Shown here: positions 27,185 through 36,646 of the stretch, in pieces | Numbering within the stretch: the stretch's first letter is position 1 | Layout of the letters: each line of letters starts with the position of its first letter | Origin: an uncultured Lachnospiraceae bacterium | GTDB lineage: Bacteria; Bacillota; Clostridia; Oscillospirales; CAG-272 | Direction: 5' to 3' | Assembly: GCA_964570105.1 (NCBI GenBank) | Contig: CAZMWM010000002.1 | Coordinates: 1-58,013, forward strand | DNA: 58,013 nt | Program-made: the position numbers and the translations under genes | Notes under the pieces: generated by a model | What the model was told of the DNA's origin: nothing | Databases searched by the model: none | What the model saw: only the letters and a program-made list of their open reading frames with translations

Positions 27185-28117
27185 TTATTTCGCGGTGAGC
27201 TTTGCGATCTCCTCGGCGAAATTATCCTCTCTCTTCTCAAGACCTTCGCCCTTGGTGAAGCTCACGACCTTGACGACCTTTATGCTTCCGCCGAACTGCT
27301 TTGCGCAACTCTCGGTATACTTTGCGACCGTCATCGAATCATCCTTAACGTACTCCTGCTCCACAAGGCAGTGCTCCTGATAATACTTGCCGAGCTTACC
27401 CTGAGCCATCTTTGAGATGATCTGATCGGGCTTGCTTGCGTTCTTGGGATCGCTCTTGATCTGAGTCATGATTATCTCAAGCTCAGCATCGAGAACGGAC
27501 TGAGGGACATCCTCGCGATTTACGTATTCGCAGGGATTGGCGGCGTACTGCAAAGCTATGTTTTTAGCATACTCGGCAAAGCCCTCGTTATTAACAGCGG
27601 CACCGTCAGCCTCGAAGGTAACGATAACGCCCATCTGTCCTTTACCGTGGATATAAGAAGCCAAAACTCCTTCGACTATAGCGAAGCGGCGGATGCTGAG
27701 CTTCTCACCGATCTTAAAGGTCTCTTCCTTGAGGGTGACCTCAACGGTATCCTCGGAGCCGTCGTACTTGCAAGCCATAAGTGCCTCAACATCAGCAGGT
27801 CTGTTGGCAAGAACGGTACGAAGCAAGCCCTTGACATAATCCTGGAACTTTTCGTTCTTTGCGACGAAGTCGGTCTCGGTATTGACCTCGATCATAGCGG
27901 CAGTCTTGCCGTCATCGCTCTTAAGTATATCAACAAGTCCCTCGGAAGCGATCCTCGACTGCTTGGAAGCCGCCTTCGCAAGTCCCTTCTCACGAAGGAC
28001 CTTAACAGCCTCTTCAAAATCGCCGTCAGCCTCAACGAGTGCCTTTTTACAATCCATCATTCCACAGCCGGTCTGTGCTCTCAGCTCGGCTACCATCTTA
28101 GCGGTTATCTGTGCCAT
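27185..28117 (-). CDS. tsf: Elongation factor Ts
   Basis: MAQITAKMVAELRAQTGCGMMDCKKAL.. (UBA-like N-terminus). AAGGAG RBS lies 9 nt before the ATG at 28117. Confidence 0.95.
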   Translation of the reverse strand: MAQITAKMVAELRAQTGCGMMDCKKALVEADGDFEEAVKVLREKGLAKAASKQSRIASEGLVDILKSDDGKTAAMIEVNTETDFVAKNEKFQDYVKGLLRTVLANRPADVEALMACKYDGSEDTVEVTLKEETFKIGEKLSIRRFAIVEGVLASYIHGKGQMGVIVTFEADGAAVNNEGFAEYAKNIALQYAANPCEYVNREDVPQSVLDAELEIIMTQIKSDPKNASKPDQIISKMAQGKLGKYYQEHCLVEQEYVKDDSMTVAKYTESCAKQFGGSIKVVKVVSFTKGEGLEKREDNFAEEIAKLTAK

Positions 28118-28225
28118 CTCAATATACTCCTTAATTTTTATTGACCGCACAACTGTGTTACGGTACTATTATCCGAATGTCACCACCCGGCAAACAGCGG
28201 CTCGGGTGTCACTGTCGGATCGAAC

Positions 28226-28960
28226 TTACGCGTTTTCCTCACCGGCGTCATTATCGGCTTCCGCATCCTCTTCCTGAACGCCCTGCTTACCCTCAAGTAT
28301 AGCATCGGCAAGGACAGAAGAAATGAGCTTTATAGCACGGATAGCGTCGTCGTTACCGGGGATCACGTAATCAGCATCATCTGGATCGCAGTTGGTATCA
28401 ACTATAGCAACCACCGGAATACCGAGCTTCTTAGCCTCAAGCACTGCGTTGTGCTCCTTGCGGGGATCGACGATAAATACGCAGTCGGGAAGTCTCTCCA
28501 TATCCTTTATTCCGCCGTAATCGCGCTCAAGGTCATGCTTTTCCTTAAGGAGCTTGGCAACTTCCTTCTTGGTAAGAGAATCGAATACTCCGTCTGCTTC
28601 CATCTTCTCGATCTGACGGAGACGTGCAATGCTCTTACGTATGGTCTTAAAGTTGGTGAGCATACCACCGGGCCAACGGCTGTTTACGTAGTACATTCCG
28701 CAACGCTGTGCCTCATCTCTGACCGCGTCAGCCGCCTGCTTCTTCGTACCTATGAAGAGCATAGTGCCCTTCGCAACGGAAAGGTCGCGCACGTACATAT
28801 ACGCTTCTTCGAACTTTCTGACGGTCTTTTGAAGGTCGATGATGTAGATACCGTTACGCTCGGTGAAGATGTACTCCTTCATCTTAGGATTCCATCTTCT
28901 GGTGTGATGTCCGAAATGGACGCCTGCTTCAAGCAGTTGCTTAATAGAAATAACTGACAT
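28226..28960 (-). CDS. rpsB: 30S ribosomal protein S2
   Basis: [21 protein letters not shown] and GG..MT motifs, with an acidic C-terminal tail; rpsB-tsf synteny. Confidence 0.95.
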   Translation of the reverse strand: MSVISIKQLLEAGVHFGHHTRRWNPKMKEYIFTERNGIYIIDLQKTVRKFEEAYMYVRDLSVAKGTMLFIGTKKQAADAVRDEAQRCGMYYVNSRWPGGMLTNFKTIRKSIARLRQIEKMEADGVFDSLTKKEVAKLLKEKHDLERDYGGIKDMERLPDCVFIVDPRKEHNAVLEAKKLGIPVVAIVDTNCDPDDADYVIPGNDDAIRAIKLISSVLADAILEGKQGVQEEDAEADNDAGEENA

Positions 28961-29054
28961 TTTTCAAATGTCCTCCTTTGGTTTTTCCACCACAGCGCCA
29001 TCTCAAACGACTTGCGTCGCCACCAAATTCGGCTCTGTGTGTGTGTTAAGTTGT

Positions 29055-29083
29055 ATTATATCACATCTCGATAAAAAAATCAA
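29055..29083 (-). promoter_or_regulatory. Candidate sigma-A promoter for rpsB-tsf
   Basis: Minus strand reads TTGATT (29083-29078), 17 nt, TATAAT (29060-29055) with an extended -10 TGA, leaving a roughly 90-nt leader. Confidence 0.55.
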
Positions 29084-29217
29084 TAGACAGCGCTTGATTT
29101 TACATATTATTCACATTTATCTCTTCCCTATCCGCCGTCTTTTTGCACTCGGTCTGCATAAGAGCGTACCGAGTGCATTTTTGCTTTGTAAAAAACCGCT
29201 GAAATCGAAAAAAATGA

Positions 29218-29246
29218 TTGACAAAGCGATATTTTAAGTGTATAAT
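29218..29246 (+). promoter_or_regulatory. Consensus sigma-A promoter of the PurF-like/GH43/GH43/MATE unit
   Basis: TTGACA (29218-29223), 17 nt, TATAAT (29241-29246), then AGGAGG RBS 8 nt before the ATG at 29294. Confidence 0.6.
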
Positions 29247-29293
29247 AACCTCATTAAGATAAAGATCGGCAAGATCACTTAGGAGGCGTATTT

Positions 29294-30718
29294 ATGGGTG
29301 GATTTTTCGGCGCTGTAAGCAAGCACGACGCGATAAGCGACGTTTTTTTCGGAACAGATTATCACTCTCATCTCGGTACTAAGCGTGCCGGTATAGCCGC
29401 GTTCGATCGGGAGCTTGGACTTCAAAACGAGGTGCACAATATCGAAGCCTCACCCTTCCGCACGAAATTTGCAAGCATATTTGACACCATGCACGGTAGC
29501 TCCGCCATAGGATGTATAAGCGATGCGGATCCTCAGCCGTTACTCATCCGCTCAAATCTCGGGAAATACGCCATCTGCGTCATAGGCGTTATCAACAACT
29601 CGGAGGAGCTTATAGAAAAATTTCTCACGTACAGTAACGGACATTTCGATATCATGACCAACGGCAACGTAAACATAGCCGAGCTTGTCGCGGCTATGAT
29701 AAACCAAAAAAATACATACGTTGACGGTATCCGATTTGCCCAAAAGGAGATAGAAGGCACAGCTTCCATACTCATATTAAAGGATGACGGCGCACTGATA
29801 GCCGCACGCGACAGATACGGACGTCTCCCGGTGCTGGTCGGAAAAAATAAAAAGGGGTATTGCGTCTCCTTTGAATCCTTCGCTTATCTCAAGCTGGATT
29901 ACGACGATGAGCTTGAGCTTGGTCCGGGCGAGATAGTAGAGGTGTCCACCGACGGGATAAAACAGCTTGCCGAGCCGGGAGATGAAATGCATATATGCGC
30001 GTTCCTTTGGTCTTATTACGGCTACCCTACCTCTGTATATGAGGGAGTAAACGTAGAGACTATGCGTTACCGTAACGGCGAGATAATGGCAAAGAATGAT
30101 ACGGAAAAAGGAATAAACGGCGGCATAGATTACGTGAGCGGCGTACCTGACTCGGGAACTCCGCACGCTATAGGCTACGCCAACGCAAGCCACATACCCT
30201 TTGCGCGTCCGTTTATAAAATATACCCCGACATGGGCAAGGAGCTTTACTCCGTCAAAGCAAGCGGCAAGGAACAAGATAGCTAAGATGAAGCAGATCCC
30301 CGTTCACGAGCTGATAAAGGGAAAGAGCCTGCTTTTTGTCGACGATTCGATAGTCCGCGGAACTCAGCTGAAGGAGACCGTTGAATTTCTTTATAACAAC
30401 GGCGCCAAAGCGGTGCATATGCGTTCGGCATGTCCTCCCGTTATGCACAGCTGTAAGTATCTGAATTTTTCGCGTACCAATAACGACAACGAGCTGATAA
30501 CTCGCAGGACCATACTCGAGCTTGAAGGCGAAGAAGGACTCCGGCATCTCGAAGAATACAGCGATTCAAACACCGAGCGCGGAAAAGCTCTCAGAAAAGC
30601 CATATGCGACAAGCTCGATCTGTCGTCACTCGAATTTCAATCGCTCGAGGGGTTGGTAAGCTCTATCGGTATACCGCAATGCAAGCTCTGCACCTATTGC
30701 TGGAACAAAAAAGGTTAA
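29294..30718 (+). CDS. Amidophosphoribosyltransferase-like protein (PurF family) lacking the N-terminal Cys nucleophile
   Basis: The Ntn-type N-terminal domain begins MGGFFGAV (Gly where PurF has Cys1). The PRPP-binding motif LLFVDDSIVRGTQ is intact, and the C-terminal Cys residues (C..C..C) resemble an Fe-S ligand set. Confidence 0.75.
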   Translation: MGGFFGAVSKHDAISDVFFGTDYHSHLGTKRAGIAAFDRELGLQNEVHNIEASPFRTKFASIFDTMHGSSAIGCISDADPQPLLIRSNLGKYAICVIGVINNSEELIEKFLTYSNGHFDIMTNGNVNIAELVAAMINQKNTYVDGIRFAQKEIEGTASILILKDDGALIAARDRYGRLPVLVGKNKKGYCVSFESFAYLKLDYDDELELGPGEIVEVSTDGIKQLAEPGDEMHICAFLWSYYGYPTSVYEGVNVETMRYRNGEIMAKNDTEKGINGGIDYVSGVPDSGTPHAIGYANASHIPFARPFIKYTPTWARSFTPSKQAARNKIAKMKQIPVHELIKGKSLLFVDDSIVRGTQLKETVEFLYNNGAKAVHMRSACPPVMHSCKYLNFSRTNNDNELITRRTILELEGEEGLRHLEEYSDSNTERGKALRKAICDKLDLSSLEFQSLEGLVSSIGIPQCKLCTYCWNKKG

Positions 30719-30746
30719 AATATAACACGTCTAAGGGGATATCAAA

Positions 30747-31586
30747 ATGCTTAAACGCTCTGAAATAAGGATACGCGATCCGTTTATACTCACAGACGAA
30801 GAAAACGGTTGTTACTATATGTACGGAAGAACGACAGAATTGAAGGAAGGATCTCGCGTCGATTTCAACACCTTTTCCGTTTATAGGTCACGCGACCTCG
30901 AGTTTTTCGAGGAGCCGAAGCTCATATTCGACGGCAAAGATATCGGATTTTGGGCTGACCGCGATTTCTGGGCGCCCGAAGTATATAAATACCGCGGTAA
31001 ATACTATATGTTTGCAACGTTCAAAGCCGAAGGCGTATGTCGCGTAACGCAGATATTGGTCTGCGATACACCTGACGGAAAATTCAGACCGCTTACCGAG
31101 CACCCGATAACTCCAAATGATTGGGAATGCCTTGACGGTACGCTTTGGATAGAAAACGGCACTCCGTTCATCATCTTTTGCCACGAGTGGTTGCAGGTGA
31201 AGGATGGAGAGATATGGGCTATGCCGTTGACCGATGATCTTACGTCTCCGTCCGGAAATCCGTTTATGCTGTTCAGCGCCTCGCAGGTCAAAGGAGTAGA
31301 CGGCGTACACGACGGCACATGCTACGTCACCGACGGTCCATTCTTTTACAAAGAGAACGGAAGGCTTAAAATGATCTGGTCTACAGTGTATGAGGGAAAA
31401 TACGCCGTGCTCGGAGCCGAGAGCGACAATGGTATGCTGAGCGGAAATTGGACGCATACCGGCAGTATGTTCGACTTTGACGGCGGTCATGCAATGATAT
31501 TCACATCCCTTGACCAAAAGCGTCTAATATCGCTCCATGCTCCAAATATACGCGGAAAAGAGAGAGCTGTATTCTTGAATTTTTGA
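30747..31586 (+). CDS. Glycoside hydrolase family 43-like protein (copy A), no signal peptide
   Basis: 279 aa. The RDPFIL N-terminal catalytic Asp motif and five-bladed propeller-like W/D/G patterns (FWAPEV, LDGT.W, YVTDGPFF) are present. AAGGGGA RBS. Confidence 0.75.
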   Translation: MLKRSEIRIRDPFILTDEENGCYYMYGRTTELKEGSRVDFNTFSVYRSRDLEFFEEPKLIFDGKDIGFWADRDFWAPEVYKYRGKYYMFATFKAEGVCRVTQILVCDTPDGKFRPLTEHPITPNDWECLDGTLWIENGTPFIIFCHEWLQVKDGEIWAMPLTDDLTSPSGNPFMLFSASQVKGVDGVHDGTCYVTDGPFFYKENGRLKMIWSTVYEGKYAVLGAESDNGMLSGNWTHTGSMFDFDGGHAMIFTSLDQKRLISLHAPNIRGKERAVFLNF

Positions 31587-31657
31587 CACCGATATCACAA
31601 AAAACGCAAATGCTAACATTTTTAAAACAAATGATCTATACCGAAAGGAATATCAAA

Positions 31658-32494
31658 ATGCTTAAACGCTCTGAAATAAGGATACGCGATCCGTTTATAC
31701 TCACGGACGAAGAAAACGGTTGCTACTATATGTACGGAACGACGGCGCTTGCGGATAATTCAATTTCCGCCTTCAACTCCTTCTCCGTTTACAGAACAGA
31801 GGATCTCGAAAACTTCGAGGAGCCTAAGGTCGTATTCGACGGCGGAAAAACGGGATTTTGGGCTGACCGCGATTTCTGGGCACCCGAGGTACATAAATAT
31901 AACGGCAGATATTATATGTTCGGCAGCTGCAAGGCGGACGGAAGGTGTCGCGGAACACAGATATTCGTATGTGATGCACCCGACGGCGATTTTTCACCGA
32001 TATCAAAGGATCCGGCAACTCCGTACGACTGGGAATGTCTCGACGGCACATTTTGGGTTGAAAACGGTGTCCCGTACATAGTATTCTCGCACGAATGGCT
32101 TCAGGTAAAGGACGGCGAGATGTGGGCTATGCCGTTGACAGATGATCTTACATCTCCGTCCGGAAATCCTTTTATGCTGTTCAGCGCTTCGCAGGTCAAG
32201 GGAGTTGACGCCATACGCGACGGTACGTGCTATGTTACCGACGCACCCTTCTTTTACAGAGAGGACGGAAAATTGAAGATGATATGGTCGAGCATGTACG
32301 GTGGACGTTACGCCGTGCTCGGAGCCGAAAGCGACAACGGTCTGCTGAGTGGAAATTGGACGCATACCGGCAGTATGTTCGACTTTGACGGCGGTCACGC
32401 AATGATCTTCCGCTCGCTCAACGGAAAACGTATGCTCTCGCTTCACGCACCCAATACACACGGAAAAGAAAGAGCCGCGTTTTTCGAATTTTGA
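31658..32494 (+). CDS. Glycoside hydrolase family 43-like protein (copy B), tandem paralog
   Basis: 278 aa from the ATG at 31658 (AAAGGA RBS). The first 27 aa are identical to copy A, with about 70% identity overall by eye. Confidence 0.75.
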   Translation: MLKRSEIRIRDPFILTDEENGCYYMYGTTALADNSISAFNSFSVYRTEDLENFEEPKVVFDGGKTGFWADRDFWAPEVHKYNGRYYMFGSCKADGRCRGTQIFVCDAPDGDFSPISKDPATPYDWECLDGTFWVENGVPYIVFSHEWLQVKDGEMWAMPLTDDLTSPSGNPFMLFSASQVKGVDAIRDGTCYVTDAPFFYREDGKLKMIWSSMYGGRYAVLGAESDNGLLSGNWTHTGSMFDFDGGHAMIFRSLNGKRMLSLHAPNTHGKERAAFFEF

Positions 32495-32536
32495 CCTAAG
32501 CACCGTTATAAAAAGACAGCGAGAAAGGAAACCGTA

Positions 32537-33940
32537 ATGTTTTTTAAGACAAAAGATATCGATGCGACCGAGGGTGCTCTGCTGAGCAAGTTCATAATGT
32601 ACTCGATCCCACTCGCGATCGGCAGTATAATACAAACACTGTTCAACGCGGCAGATATGATCGTGCTCGGAAATTTCGCTTCCAGTGTCGCCGTTGCTTC
32701 CGTAGGTGCTACGGGAAATATAATCACGTTGCTCGTGAACACCTTCATCGGACTTTCGGGCGGAACACAGGTGATACTTGCCCGCGCGTACGGCGAAAGG
32801 AACAAGAAAAAGATCAACGATATCGTCAGCACATCACTGATATTGGCTTTAGCATTCGGCGTGATCCTGACGGTAGTCGGACTTCTCTGCTCCGGCTGGT
32901 TTCTTGATGCCACCAATTGCCCTGAGGATTGCTATGCCGGAGCACAGATCTATCTCGACATATACTTGCTGTCCGTTCCCGCGATCCTAATATACAATTT
33001 CGGAAGCGCCATAATACGGGTAAGCGGAGACACACAAAGACCGCTGTACTATCTCATAGCAAGCGGAATACTCAACGTTATCCTCAACTTTGCACTCTGT
33101 ATATTGATGACGGATAAGGTCGCCGCGGTCGCAATAGCCACAGTAGCCTCTCAAGTGCTCGGCGCCGCACTCGTGCTCGTTCAGCTCTTCCGTACCAAAG
33201 GCGACTGTCGACTCAACTTAAAGCACCTTAGCTTTAATATGAGTTCGTTCGGTCAGATAATGCTGATAGGTATACCGTGTGCGTTGAACACGTCACTTTA
33301 TGCGATATCAAATCTTCAAATACAGTCGGCGATAAATTCTTTCGGCTCCTCCGCCACGGCGGCAAACACAGCTGCAGGCAGCATAGAATCGTGGGTAAGC
33401 GCCTTCACGGGTGCCGTATGTACCACAGAGCTTACGTTCATAGGGCAAAACATCGGTGCAAAAAATCCCGACCGAGTAAAGCGCACGTTTTGGCTGTCGC
33501 TCGCATTGGGAGTTGGCATCGGGCTTGTACTCGGAGTCGGACTGTTCAAGATCGGAGCACCTCTTTTGAAGATATACGTTGCAGGCGACGATCTCGCGAT
33601 AGAATACGGACTTATTCGTATGAAATACATATTGGCAATATACTTCATAGCAGGCGCGAACGGCGTGCTTTCCTCTGCTCTTCAGGCATTCGGTCACTCA
33701 CTGATCTCTATGTTGAACGCGGTGGCATCTGTGCTCGTTTTGAGATTTTTATGGATGATATTCATATACCCAAAGCACGAGACACTCACATGTCTGTATT
33801 TCTGCTTCACGGTCTCGTGGATACTTAATCTCGTAATAAACATTTTGATGACGGTCATCATATTGCCAAAGAGGATCAAGAAGCTTTCCTCCCCTACCGA
33901 TGTACGGTCATCTGCCGAAAAAGAGACTACATTGGCGTAA
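32537..33940 (+). CDS. MATE family efflux transporter
   Basis: 467 aa with about 12 TM segments and a typical MATE N-terminus (LLSKFIMYSIPLAIGSIIQTLFNAADMIVLG). Confidence 0.85.
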   Translation: MFFKTKDIDATEGALLSKFIMYSIPLAIGSIIQTLFNAADMIVLGNFASSVAVASVGATGNIITLLVNTFIGLSGGTQVILARAYGERNKKKINDIVSTSLILALAFGVILTVVGLLCSGWFLDATNCPEDCYAGAQIYLDIYLLSVPAILIYNFGSAIIRVSGDTQRPLYYLIASGILNVILNFALCILMTDKVAAVAIATVASQVLGAALVLVQLFRTKGDCRLNLKHLSFNMSSFGQIMLIGIPCALNTSLYAISNLQIQSAINSFGSSATAANTAAGSIESWVSAFTGAVCTTELTFIGQNIGAKNPDRVKRTFWLSLALGVGIGLVLGVGLFKIGAPLLKIYVAGDDLAIEYGLIRMKYILAIYFIAGANGVLSSALQAFGHSLISMLNAVASVLVLRFLWMIFIYPKHETLTCLYFCFTVSWILNLVINILMTVIILPKRIKKLSSPTDVRSSAEKETTLA

Positions 33941-33960
33941 CGGTAAAAATATCGATATTA

Positions 33961-34000
33961 AAAAACAGTTCATTCGCCTTTTCGTGAATGAACTGTTTTT
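33961..34000. terminator. Bidirectional rho-independent terminator between the MATE gene and the heparinase-like gene
   Basis: 15-bp perfect stem AAAAACAGTTCATTC / GAATGAACTGTTTTT with a 10-nt loop; an A-run lies to the left and a T-run to the right. Confidence 0.75.
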
Positions 34001-34032
34001 TTAATGTTATTCGTTAGTGCATTGCTCAAGCA

Positions 34033-35853
34033 TCACTTTACGGTAAACTCAAAGCTGCCATCTTTGATGCTCGCCTTGAAATGAAGTCTCCAAAGCACCT
34101 TGGTCTTCCAATTGTTTTCTATTCCCGGATCGTTCACTTCAAACTCTTCTACGTCAAGCACAAGACGGGGATCGTATCTCATAGTACGTCCCTCAGCCAG
34201 CGTAATGCTTCCGTCCGCGTTCACCGCAGGAGCGGCGCAAGTCATAAATCTGAAATCCACCTCTTTTTCACGCTCAAGACTTACGGTATCCGTAATATGA
34301 ACGGTAGCGTTTGCGTCAAGAAGTGTCTTTCTGGTATAAGATATCAGTTCAGCCTCCGGCAGATACGCCTTTGAGAGCTGCATACTGACGGCACCAGTAT
34401 CGACATCGTATATTTCGTCGGATGAGACGTAACGTCCGCCTTCCTTTTCGCCAACTCCGCCGAACGCCGGGAGATTGTGATAATGAGACTGCATAAACCA
34501 CAGCTCGTATCTTCTGTTTGAGAAGGTCTGCTGGGTATACTGCCCTGCACCGGTATCTATTAGAACAGGGTTTCCGTCGTAATAAACGACTACGTTTCCG
34601 ACATCGTTATGATTATGCTGCTCGGCATTGCTTCCGCCCTTCATGGCAACGAATATTCCCTTCGAGGGATCCTCACTGCTTCTTGCCGCCATGACCTTAA
34701 GATCGGGAAACCATATCTTTTTCTTAGCTTTAGCCACAGATGCCTCGGGCGTTTTGGTCGTTATATTTCGCATTGCTCTGTAAACGTGGCTCGTATCGGT
34801 ACCGCCGTCAGCCACGGACGCCATAGTATCACCGAAAGCACAAAGCGTCTCAGAGCCGCACTTTTCACCCATCCTTCTTATCATTATACCGTCGTGATGA
34901 GTGGTGGGAGGACAGTCGGCGAAATTGATAAACCTTCTCGCTCCGTTGATATTGAAGTCAACTATGTATTCGCAAATAGCTTTAACGAGCGGATGACCGT
35001 AGACATTTATAGCTCCACCGCTCATATCGTACAGTATCTCGAGACAATCAAAATATGCGGCTCCGGCGGCACCCCAATAACTCGGCCCTTCATCGCAACC
35101 GCCGTCCGACTTGTAATTGGCAGTGAAGCAATCAAGCGCATCAAGAACTCTTGTGACCACACGCTTACGTACGAAAATATCCTTTTCTATTACGGATGTG
35201 ACCACAAGAACATTTGAACATACCCACGGGCACCAATTGTTGACCACGTTTCCGCGCTCACCGGTCCACCAAAATGAACAGTTAAGGAACGGCTTTATTA
35301 TCCTGTCGTGAAGCATATAGTCGATCTTTTTGCATATTACCGGAGAGATACGGTCAAACTCCTCGTGCAACAGATAATATATCATCGAAAGCGTTGCCGC
35401 GGTAGATGCCGAGAACAGCGCTATACCGTGTATTCCCTCATTACCATAAACACCGCAAAGTCCTTTCCCGTCATAAACCGGGTAATTATACATATGTGCC
35501 GGAAGTGTCCACGTCGACTCTTCCATTATAGCCCAAACGAGATCGAGCGCTTTATCCGTAAAGCGACCTTTTCTTTCGTAAGCCTCGGCGAGCGCAAGAA
35601 CGAGTGCCATATCACGGCGTCTGAAAAAGAGCTTTTCATAATTCGAGCGATTACCGATCCTGACAAATTCGAGATAAAGCGACGCCGGAAGCATCGGTAT
35701 CTCTGTTTCGAGATATCCTTCCGCTCTCTTTACTATCTTCTCGAGTTTTTCCGGAACGAACTCAGTCGAGCTTGCATCCGAAAAAAATTTAAATGCTTCG
35801 TAACCGAGAACGCCATCCGATGTGATCTTGTTTTCTCTGAATATCCTTGGCAT
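34033..35853 (-). CDS. Heparinase II/III-like (polysaccharide lyase-like) family protein, no signal peptide
   Basis: 606 aa. The N-terminal alpha/alpha toroid-like region (SLYLEFVRIGNRSNYE..FFRRR...W.IMEESTW.LPAH) and the HNHNDVGNVVVYYDG..VLIDTG motif are typical of this family as I recall it. Confidence 0.6.
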   Translation of the reverse strand: MPRIFRENKITSDGVLGYEAFKFFSDASSTEFVPEKLEKIVKRAEGYLETEIPMLPASLYLEFVRIGNRSNYEKLFFRRRDMALVLALAEAYERKGRFTDKALDLVWAIMEESTWTLPAHMYNYPVYDGKGLCGVYGNEGIHGIALFSASTAATLSMIYYLLHEEFDRISPVICKKIDYMLHDRIIKPFLNCSFWWTGERGNVVNNWCPWVCSNVLVVTSVIEKDIFVRKRVVTRVLDALDCFTANYKSDGGCDEGPSYWGAAGAAYFDCLEILYDMSGGAINVYGHPLVKAICEYIVDFNINGARRFINFADCPPTTHHDGIMIRRMGEKCGSETLCAFGDTMASVADGGTDTSHVYRAMRNITTKTPEASVAKAKKKIWFPDLKVMAARSSEDPSKGIFVAMKGGSNAEQHNHNDVGNVVVYYDGNPVLIDTGAGQYTQQTFSNRRYELWFMQSHYHNLPAFGGVGEKEGGRYVSSDEIYDVDTGAVSMQLSKAYLPEAELISYTRKTLLDANATVHITDTVSLEREKEVDFRFMTCAAPAVNADGSITLAEGRTMRYDPRLVLDVEEFEVNDPGIENNWKTKVLWRLHFKASIKDGSFEFTVK

Positions 35854-36015
35854 AATGATCCCTCCGTTTTCAGCGGTCGCCGCTTCAATGCCCGACCGCG
35901 GTATATGACCTATGGTCTAAGACGATTTTAACATATCGGAATGTAAATTGCAACCTTTTTTACGAAATATTGTTATTAAAAATAATTAACATTTAACGGA
36001 ATACAGCTCTTTAGA

Positions 36016-36381
36016 TTATGCAAAAGTAACATATTCTCTGAGCGCCGTGTACCTGATGATATCATTGAGTTCCGCATCACAGCTCCAAAGCATTTCGGAA
36101 AGGAGCGCGACCGGATACATTATATTCTTTTCAAACATACCGTCCTCAACCAAAGCAAAAACACTCAGCTCCCCGTTTTTCAACCCCGACATAAGACGAA
36201 CGGTATCATAGGCTTTATCGGCATTTGCAAGCCATCCGGACTGTATGCAACAAGATATCGGTATACCGGATGAGACATCAATATGCATATCGGGTGTGAC
36301 ACAAATGGGATATTCAAAGGTATAATCAAGAAATATTTCTGTCAGCCGCTCCACCGCGCGCTTTTGAAGCTCTGTTTCCAT
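36016..36381 (-). CDS. Hypothetical protein (possibly a gene remnant)
   Basis: 121-aa ORF with no family I recognise and no convincing SD before the ATG at 36381. Confidence 0.3.
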   Translation of the reverse strand: METELQKRAVERLTEIFLDYTFEYPICVTPDMHIDVSSGIPISCCIQSGWLANADKAYDTVRLMSGLKNGELSVFALVEDGMFEKNIMYPVALLSEMLWSCDAELNDIIRYTALREYVTFA

Positions 36382-36572
36382 CGGAGCAACTATATATATT
36401 TTTTCATAACCGGACTGTCATTTCAAGAGATACGAAATTATAAACATTTACGAACGTGTACGGTCATTTTACCACGCACATAAAAAAATTACAAGCAACG
36501 TTTAAAAACGCGTGTTAAGAAATATTTACGCATATCATCACAGGCATAGGTGAAAAATTTACCGGTACGATA

Positions 36573-36601
36573 TTGACTTTGCAAAAACGCTGTGATATAA
36601 T
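36573..36601 (+). promoter_or_regulatory. Sigma-A promoter of the aminopeptidase-IMPase-MFS unit
   Basis: TTGACT (36573-36578), 17 nt, TATAAT (36596-36601) with an extended -10 TGA. Confidence 0.6.
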
Positions 36602-36646
36602 AGTCGTTCGGAATAATGTAATCAAACCGTCGAAAGGAATAATACG

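Noticed and set aside
29247-29293. Purine riboswitch or PurR box upstream of the PurF-like gene.
   Set aside because: Only about 47 nt separate the -10 from the ATG, which is too short for a riboswitch aptamer plus expression platform. No recognisable purine-box palindrome was seen.
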